Part shown: positions 58,201 through 64,000 of the stretch, piece after piece | How the letters are laid out: each line of letters begins with the position of its first letter | Numbering within the stretch: the stretch's first letter is position 1 | Virus record (IMG/VR): IMGVR_UViG_3300032305_002766 | Coordinates: 1-64,000 of that record | Strand: one strand, 5' to 3' | Length of the DNA stretch: 64,000 nucleotides | Origin: a virus | Taxonomy: Duplodnaviria > Caudoviricetes | Translations under genes and position numbers: made by a program | Notes under the pieces: model-generated | The model's database searches: none | What the model saw: the letters and a program-made list of their open reading frames with translations, nothing else | Told to the model about the DNA's origin: nothing

Positions 58201-60042
58201 GGTTAATGTATCCCAATTAGGTCCAAGTTCCCAAGAAGAAGATATAAAATAAGATCCTGAAGTATTGTAGGCTAAGTTATATTCATTTTGCCATTGATCC
58301 CATGTATTTGGGTTTTTATCTTTACCTCCAAATTCATTAATACGAATAATAGTATCAGGAATACCAAATACATTAATTAAAGTTCTAACACCATCAACTG
58401 TACCTTTTTTCTTTAAAAGATAAGGTAAATTATGGTATATTTTTTTATAAGATAATTTTACAAAATCTTCAATAGTTGGTAAAGAAGAAGCTGAAACTGA
58501 TGCTGTTACATAAGATGTAATTAATTCACTTCCTGTTGGAACCAATGTACTACCACTTGGTGATAAACCGATAATAGCATTATATATGTTTTCCAGGGTA
58601 TATGAACTATCATATATTTTAGTTCCTAAAGATGTTAATACATCTGCAACTAAATCTTTTGAAACACCCTCATATAAATTTGAATTTGCATTTAATTTAG
58701 AAGTAATACCTTTTGTATATAACCAAATATAGTCAAAGAATTGACCCACCATATTTACAAATAGTATGTAATTAGTGTTATCATTGTCACTTCGAATAAA
58801 TTCAGGTACTACATAAATTAAATTATTTTGATTATTCTGATCATATATTGATGCTGAAATACTTTGAGTAGTATACCAGTTAAGAGCTTGAGATGATCCT
58901 GTTGGATATAAAGTATACGGAGGGATAGAATTTGATTTAGGCCAAGTATATGAACTTGAATCATAGTATAAAAAATATTCATACCCATCAAAACTTACTA
59001 TTTCATCTTGGATTTTTTTCTCTAAAATTGCTTTACTTGAAGAAACAGCAAATGATTGAGATGTTGAACCGGTAATGGTAGAATATATAGCATTAATTTG
59101 ATTTTGATAATTCTCTATATTTGATACTTTTTGTTCAAAATTATACAATCGTTGATTTGCTGATGAAAAGAAAACAAAGTTTTCATAATCTTCATAATCT
59201 ACTGAAAGATCAAAATTAGGACCATCTAAATTAGTTAATAACTGAGATAAAGAGCCTGATAATGGAGTAGAGGTAATACTAGTATAGGATTGATAACTTG
59301 TAAGAGGTCCAGTTTCATTTTTAATAGGAATATTAAAATTAGCTGTTTTTAATTGTAAAACATTATCAATATTTAATACTATATCTTCAAATTCAATTTG
59401 GTAAGCCGTTGATTCAGCCGTTTTAACCACAACATATGTTTGAGTTTTTAATGGTATATTTGCCGGTAAAGGTTCGTATAATTTAATTAAAACTGAATAT
59501 GTTGGGGTTGTAATGTCTAATAAAATATTAACAGCTAATACATAAAAATTATCTTCAAAATTTAAGTAAAATTCATCGAAATAATTTAAATCATCTAATT
59601 GAGCCTTAAATTCATTATAAGCAATAGCTATTTCCTCGTTAGATAAAAAATTAGAATTTAATCTAATTTCAGTTCTATTTGAAGAAATTTCGCTTATATA
59701 ATATTGTTGTTCAAAAGAAGAACTTAATTTAGGAGCAATATAATTGTATACCGTTTTTACTATACCTGTATTAAAGCCTGCGGCAATAGCATCTTCTTCA
59801 GGATTAATAGTAATAGAGGTAATTTCCTCGGCACTGGTTAAGTATTGAGGTTTCCACCCTGCAAAATTATAATTACTCTGTAATAAATTATTATTAAAAT
59901 CATATACAAAATACTCAATCGTATCCTTATTATCATTAAAAGAGCTTGATAATGTAAAGTTAGGGATTACATTAAAGTCTTGTGTATTAAAAGACTGATT
60001 AGGTGTTAATGTATTAGGATTTATTTGAGTTATACTATTCAT
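55228..60042 (-). CDS. Large baseplate wedge-like protein, 1604 aa
   Basis: LPYLLKKKGT...RTLINVFG and IKDYVPART motifs typical of wedge proteins. Confidence 0.6.
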   Translation of the reverse strand: MNSITQINPNTLTPNQSFNTQDFNVIPNFTLSSSFNDNKDTIEYFVYDFNNNLLQSNYNFAGWKPQYLTSAEEITSITINPEEDAIAAGFNTGIVKTVYNYIAPKLSSSFEQQYYISEISSNRTEIRLNSNFLSNEEIAIAYNEFKAQLDDLNYFDEFYLNFEDNFYVLAVNILLDITTPTYSVLIKLYEPLPANIPLKTQTYVVVKTAESTAYQIEFEDIVLNIDNVLQLKTANFNIPIKNETGPLTSYQSYTSITSTPLSGSLSQLLTNLDGPNFDLSVDYEDYENFVFFSSANQRLYNFEQKVSNIENYQNQINAIYSTITGSTSQSFAVSSSKAILEKKIQDEIVSFDGYEYFLYYDSSSYTWPKSNSIPPYTLYPTGSSQALNWYTTQSISASIYDQNNQNNLIYVVPEFIRSDNDNTNYILFVNMVGQFFDYIWLYTKGITSKLNANSNLYEGVSKDLVADVLTSLGTKIYDSSYTLENIYNAIIGLSPSGSTLVPTGSELITSYVTASVSASSLPTIEDFVKLSYKKIYHNLPYLLKKKGTVDGVRTLINVFGIPDTIIRINEFGGKDKNPNTWDQWQNEYNLAYNTSGSYFISSSWELGPNWDTLTPASIQFRFKTNGVPTNGGYYSQSLWTNNISSAIRLRYTGSGYTSGSYSGSIPSSSYQYALLDLIPDTSAISTSASVYLPFFNGNWWSVMVTADVNSGDFILYAGDKVTPGGNYNEYNFLASSSVTANEAAWTDSVYSYFPATANSSLGKMFSGSYQEIRYYDTILNSSVFKDYIMNPYSTEGAGGINSSPNELAFRAPLGGELYTGSKSIHPKVTGSWITASSFISNDSNFYISNTSSFVNNYEYIYFDQVPVGIKNIVTEKITQINGVLPYSGSEEVNLPTNKVLSPFISIQQNYPISQSYTNDINYTEVALSPQNEINEDINSQIGYFNIGNYIGDPRLVSTSAQTYPELDILSEEYFKKYTSNYNIWDYIRIIQYYDNALFKMIKDYVPARTSLATGIVIKQHLLERNKYPVPQVDTYTTTSYYGSGSTPPPTWNSPFVFQNLEITGSPIQMYEINGGTGGTMPNLFGLTSSQYTGNNVVNITQSWSGTTPSLSGSVAFTQSSQIEFFDGELSGSILEVENGELNEDNPYKMAPTQLSEYTIFGSSLTTPGAGQIFWQISIGYNGSNYYLYVSTLYINEIDENALNIEAALSNLRAGDKITLPVAFSVNATPYTVTVTGTIASISPESQTVYKIQFVGGTVSTTTIFSPYNFGDPYAYNSITSDTAVTLDPFLNEANGYNYSSFNPLVNNIIISRPNEEFFDVDFSSNAITAVNFNTIISASRGSGSATPATVPASNYTIARSANPRYNGSTTTSPTGSISQLYVNQPMISGSSIGAVANVEDYCNWFAYFDNISPSLVAYKIFIGGSQIQSFTGVSVVRITSLISIDGNRIDLSSTNNIIPSSSLTGALDNKVNPLTSNIPILNSIFPSNIFSGYLGTPMGTSSMDTPVSIRQYSFSGSNVNVFSGSFQNYQVFSTGVAPDLNATGSYTFQNVFGKPNENLVLLATGSFITPTGNINGLLVPGNFNPQYTGSLLGIAQSVGFFSNI

Positions 60043-60051
60043 ATATTGTAA

Positions 60052-60399
60052 TTATCCGGTAGGTAATTGGATGGTACTAATCTGTTGTTGTAATTCCAAA
60101 TTATCTTGTCTAAGTTGTGTAAGTTCGTCAATAAGTGCTTGAACTACTTCATCTTGGGGAGCCGTTGTTCCAATATAAGCACCACTAGTTTTAACTAAAT
60201 ATTCGTGAGAATTAATTTCTCCAAATTTAGGTATGTCAAAAAATAATTGTTGATATTCTTGGAAAAATTGTTCAATTGTAACACTTGGGGTTACAGCTAA
60301 AGAAGAAGTAGGTTGGACTAATTGAGTAAAAGAAGTATCAATAGTATTATTAAAACTATCTCTATCAAATACCTGTTTACTAAAATTTATATTTTCCAT
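60052..60399 (-). CDS. Hypothetical tail-region protein
   Basis: 115 aa in the baseplate operon. Confidence 0.5.
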   Translation of the reverse strand: MENINFSKQVFDRDSFNNTIDTSFTQLVQPTSSLAVTPSVTIEQFFQEYQQLFFDIPKFGEINSHEYLVKTSGAYIGTTAPQDEVVQALIDELTQLRQDNLELQQQISTIQLPTG

Positions 60400-61856
60400 T
60401 ATCCATTAACTACTTTAAAATAATATTGATCTTCATATACAATCGTTGAACTACCAATTGTAGTTTGTACAAGAATTTGATAATATCTTTCAGGTTCTAA
60501 TCCATTCATATATAAATCGAAATAACTTCCTGAAGGATCTACACTGAGTTGGGTATATGTTGGATCAAAATCAATTACATATTCATTAGTCTCTAAATCC
60601 TTAATAGCATAATAAGATGCTGTAGGTAAATAATAATTGTAAGTATAAACAGATGATGTTACCCATAATTGAGGTGGATATTCAGGGCGAGAATTTACTC
60701 TAAATCTATTTATACTTTCACTAAAGAATATACCGGGGTTGTTGTTAACTAGTATAGATGCTGGTAGGGTGGTTAATTCAAATTGACCTTTAGTTAAAGT
60801 AATTTTTAAATCAGTCCCACCTGAAGCTATTGATCCTAATGATTGGGAAGGGATTGTAATTACTTGTCCGGGAGCATATCCAGATCCTGTGCTAGTTACA
60901 GTAATATTAGATATTGAGGCAGTTGTAGCTCCTAATGTAATTGAAAATATTGCTGTTGAGCAAAGTGTTGGAGTTGATCCACTTACACCTGTAAAGGTTG
61001 TATTTGGAGTAGAACCAGTTGCATTTACATTTTGCGTAATTGAAGCTGAAAGAGCATTAGATGTTGTTCTTAAAATACCTAAGGGGTCTAAACTTCCAAT
61101 ATTATATGAATAATCATTCCATTTAAACTCTAATTGAGGAGGATAAATAGTATGGGTGTCTCTTGAAAAATAAGCTAAATTTACTTGTTGATATATACTG
61201 TTTACAAATTCTAAAGATGGATCTTGTCTAACAATAAATCCATCATTTGGTCTTCCATTTGCTGGGTTAGCAATACTTGCTGTCCAATACTCAACAAAGG
61301 ATTTAACGTTAAAGGTTAAATCTAAAGGTGAATAATATGTAAATGTTTGATTTGTTTGAGGAGTTATATACCAAGTACCACCTCCGGCTGATGGTGGATT
61401 AGTAGAGGTATTAAAAGATCCTGTACTACCTGCTGTATATGAAGATGTTTTCCAAGCATTACTTCCTGAATAGGATCTCCAATTCCAAGAACATCCATTT
61501 TGGGTCTCAGGAGAGTTTAGATAACGACCTGTTCCCATATTCCAAGATTGGGATACCATGTTTACTAATACAGTAGTATCACTACTTAAACCAGTATCAT
61601 TAGCAACAAATAATTTTAAATTTGCTGTCCAATTTGAAGTTCTTATTAAACTTTGAGAAACAAAAGCTATATCTGAATCATCAAATTGAATTAAAAAGCG
61701 AGATGTTTGAGGATAAAGACCGTTTTGGATAGATCCTAATGAACCCGTTTTAAAATTTGTACTAGCTTCAATGATTTCATCTAATCCGGTATTCATATTA
61801 GAATAGGATGAGTATAAGGTTGAATCTTTGGTAGGAAATATCTTATATACTGCCAT
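60399..61856 (-). CDS. Tail/baseplate structural protein
   Basis: 485 aa, beta-rich, S/T-rich insert. Confidence 0.55.
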   Translation of the reverse strand: MAVYKIFPTKDSTLYSSYSNMNTGLDEIIEASTNFKTGSLGSIQNGLYPQTSRFLIQFDDSDIAFVSQSLIRTSNWTANLKLFVANDTGLSSDTTVLVNMVSQSWNMGTGRYLNSPETQNGCSWNWRSYSGSNAWKTSSYTAGSTGSFNTSTNPPSAGGGTWYITPQTNQTFTYYSPLDLTFNVKSFVEYWTASIANPANGRPNDGFIVRQDPSLEFVNSIYQQVNLAYFSRDTHTIYPPQLEFKWNDYSYNIGSLDPLGILRTTSNALSASITQNVNATGSTPNTTFTGVSGSTPTLCSTAIFSITLGATTASISNITVTSTGSGYAPGQVITIPSQSLGSIASGGTDLKITLTKGQFELTTLPASILVNNNPGIFFSESINRFRVNSRPEYPPQLWVTSSVYTYNYYLPTASYYAIKDLETNEYVIDFDPTYTQLSVDPSGSYFDLYMNGLEPERYYQILVQTTIGSSTIVYEDQYYFKVVNG

Positions 61857-61866
61857 TAATTATATA

Positions 61867-63726
61867 TTAAAATGGTACTACTTTTGCTTGAATATCTGTG
61901 TTAGGGTACTTAACTTCAAAAATCATTGGATCTAATGAAGGATATATTACATTGTTATCTGTAGCTGCACTAATATCATAAGAAAAATCAGAATATCCAT
62001 TAGATACTCCTACTTTATTAATAATTGATACATTTTTAACGGTTTGTACACCTTCAATTCTATCTAGTATAACATTTATATCACGTAAAATAATTGGTTG
62101 GTTAATCTGCCAGTTTTCAATATTAAAATAATCTCTCATTGCTGTTATACATTTTAAGAGTACTTCATCATTGTTATAATTAGGTAAAGTAATAATATCT
62201 ATATTAACTCCTATATTAATAACATAAGCATCTTTAATATTAATATTATCGTTTATAATTTTATATTCAGATAAATAAACTGCTAAATTTTGCTTTAAAG
62301 CGGATGAAGCTTGAATTACCTGTTGATTTACATTATACGCTAAAACATAAAGATCTAATACACTTGGAATATCACCAGTTGCTATATCAGATGCTTTTTG
62401 TTGGGTTGCAAATATTTTAGCTATATTACCATAATCTGAAGGTAAACTTAAAGCACGTACTACATAATCATCAAATGTTACTGTACGTAATTGGTTTTGG
62501 AAATTACCTAATGAATTTTGTCTAATTTCATTTATATTATCTCCATCAGATCCACCATCAGCAGCTACAGGATTTGTAACTAATAAAGAAGTAAATATTT
62601 GATTTGCTAATGATGAATTAGTTATACTTGAATTTAAAAACTTAACGTTTGTAGTATCTATAAGAGTTAGTGAATTTGCTTGAGCATTTGCTGAAACACC
62701 CCCACCAACTAGATAACGTGTTGTTAAAGTAGTATTAGCAGGTGCAATACCATAAGTATTTGTGAATATAAAGTTTGTAGGAGAGTAAGCTGTTGTTAGT
62801 TTACTTTTTTTAGTTGGTAATCCAATACCTACATTATTTGGGTTTGGAATAATTACTTCAGTAGTATCTGTTGGACTTCCAGCTCCAAATTGTACCTGAA
62901 GGGTGGTCTTATTTAAGAAACGAGTTGCAAATCTTCTAGCAACTTGCTTTACTTGAAGTAAATTAGCTACATTAGTATCTGAAGAAAAATTAGGATTATT
63001 AATATTAGTATTTTTAATACTTTCAAAAATTGAATCCTGAGCTAAATTATCTACTTCATACCATATGTTATTATTAGAGTCTGTAATACTTAAGATTCCA
63101 ATGATGTTGGTATCACTTATATTAAATGAATTAAACGCTACAGGGACCGTAAATGAATTGGTTTGGGTATTTACAGTAGCTGATATGGCTTGTCTTTGTT
63201 TCTTTAGTAAATAATAAGTAGGAGCGTTGTTTGCGGTAGAATATACTGTAACTTCCGTAGGATCTAATGAACTACTAACAGTAAAATTAACATTATCTTG
63301 GATTAAAAATTTTAATGAACTTGTTAAATTAGAAGTTACTGTTGTATTTTCAGGTATTTGTAAGGCGTATGTGTAATCAGGTATTGCAACACTTGCGCTT
63401 ATAGTGGCTGGTACTTGTTGGTATATATCAAATACAACTGTTGCTGCTGATGTTACTCGAGGTTTATACCCAAGTAAATATGCTAATTCATATAAATTTT
63501 GGGTTTGACGAGCATATTGAATAAATGTTTCCTGGACTTGATTATCAACATAAAAAGATAAAACATCACCTACATAAGCTGCCATTTCCATAAACATCAT
63601 ACCAGGTGATGATGGAGTAAAATCACTATAAGTGTTAGGGAAATAGGTTTTTGCATAACTGATAAGACTATCTTTCAGTGATGGGAAATCTCTATTTATA
63701 TATTTTATATCTTTTTTTGAAGCCAT
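61867..63726 (-). CDS. Baseplate wedge subunit, T4 gp6 / baseplate-J-like
   Basis: RDFPSLK...MEMAAYVGDVLSFY, GGSDGD...RTVTFDDY. Confidence 0.85.
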   Translation of the reverse strand: MASKKDIKYINRDFPSLKDSLISYAKTYFPNTYSDFTPSSPGMMFMEMAAYVGDVLSFYVDNQVQETFIQYARQTQNLYELAYLLGYKPRVTSAATVVFDIYQQVPATISASVAIPDYTYALQIPENTTVTSNLTSSLKFLIQDNVNFTVSSSLDPTEVTVYSTANNAPTYYLLKKQRQAISATVNTQTNSFTVPVAFNSFNISDTNIIGILSITDSNNNIWYEVDNLAQDSIFESIKNTNINNPNFSSDTNVANLLQVKQVARRFATRFLNKTTLQVQFGAGSPTDTTEVIIPNPNNVGIGLPTKKSKLTTAYSPTNFIFTNTYGIAPANTTLTTRYLVGGGVSANAQANSLTLIDTTNVKFLNSSITNSSLANQIFTSLLVTNPVAADGGSDGDNINEIRQNSLGNFQNQLRTVTFDDYVVRALSLPSDYGNIAKIFATQQKASDIATGDIPSVLDLYVLAYNVNQQVIQASSALKQNLAVYLSEYKIINDNINIKDAYVINIGVNIDIITLPNYNNDEVLLKCITAMRDYFNIENWQINQPIILRDINVILDRIEGVQTVKNVSIINKVGVSNGYSDFSYDISAATDNNVIYPSLDPMIFEVKYPNTDIQAKVVPF

Positions 63727-63727
63727 G

Positions 63728-64000
63728 TTATACTACTACGTTAATACTGTCTGTTATACCAAAATTTGTTACACTATAATATATTTTTATTATAATAGTA
63801 TTTTCGTCAGCATTTGGTTGAATTAAAACATTGTTAAGAGTTACAAATGGAAAGAAAGCATTTATTTCATTTTGGATAAGTTGTCTAACTATACCATCTG
63901 TTAATCCATTAATATTTTCATATACAAATCGTTGAAGACCACTTCCAAAAAATGGGTTGAATACACGTTCTCCTTGATTTGTTGAGAAAAAATTAATTAA
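63728..64000 (-). CDS. gp25/GPW-like baseplate protein (5' end outside the window)
   Basis: Hand translation LINFFSTNQGERVFNPFFGSGLQRFVYE... Confidence 0.8.
   Translation of the reverse strand, partial: LINFFSTNQGERVFNPFFGSGLQRFVYENINGLTDGIVRQLIQNEINAFFPFVTLNNVLIQPNADENTIIIKIYYSVTNFGITDSINVVV

Noticed and set aside
23026-61113. Plus-strand ORFs opposite acidic or low-complexity genes (e.g. 23026, 23785, 31993, 49637, 52164, 55490, 60889) and short alternative-frame minus ORFs
   Set aside because: Fully nested against well-supported genes with Ser/Phe-rich shadow composition.
1-64000. Stop-codon reassignment
   Set aside because: Long genes are intact under the standard code and tile the window; the single broken gene is a frame change, not an in-frame stop.

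Overview
AT-rich, very gene-dense 64-kb segment of a large T4-like (myovirus-type) phage genome. All credible genes are on the minus strand and use the standard genetic code. The host is probably Bacteroidota, judged from TTTG-N20-TAnnTT promoters, an Hc1-like protein and a Bacteroidota-style PhoH. In transcription order (64000 to 1): baseplate/tail genes (gp25, gp6, large wedge proteins); SegE-like GIY-YIG, primase and exonuclease; an ~18-kb block of Glu/Lys-rich modular proteins that look like prohead-protease-processed capsid cargo, including a 1220-aa multi-enzyme polyprotein and a gene split by an A10 slippery run; an FAD oxidoreductase/NTPase cassette; a spanin-like pair; terminase, portal, prohead protease, scaffold and major capsid protein; an HNH gene; an amidinotransferase-pyruvoyl decarboxylase-PhoH operon; two giant Cys-rich 17-aa-repeat fibres; a sulfation cassette (sulfotransferase, APS kinase, HxGH nucleotidyltransferase, DUF2061, glycosyltransferase, 2OG oxygenase); a neck protein; and a GIY-YIG homing endonuclease. 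No tRNA, rRNA, CRISPR array or reverse transcriptase was seen. Strongest candidates for undescribed systems: (i) protease-cleaved capsid cargo with reusable targeting modules, (ii) virion glycosylation/sulfation possibly aimed at [ST]-G-S motifs, (iii) the decarboxylase-amidinotransferase pair. All family assignments are motif recognition by eye; no searches were run.
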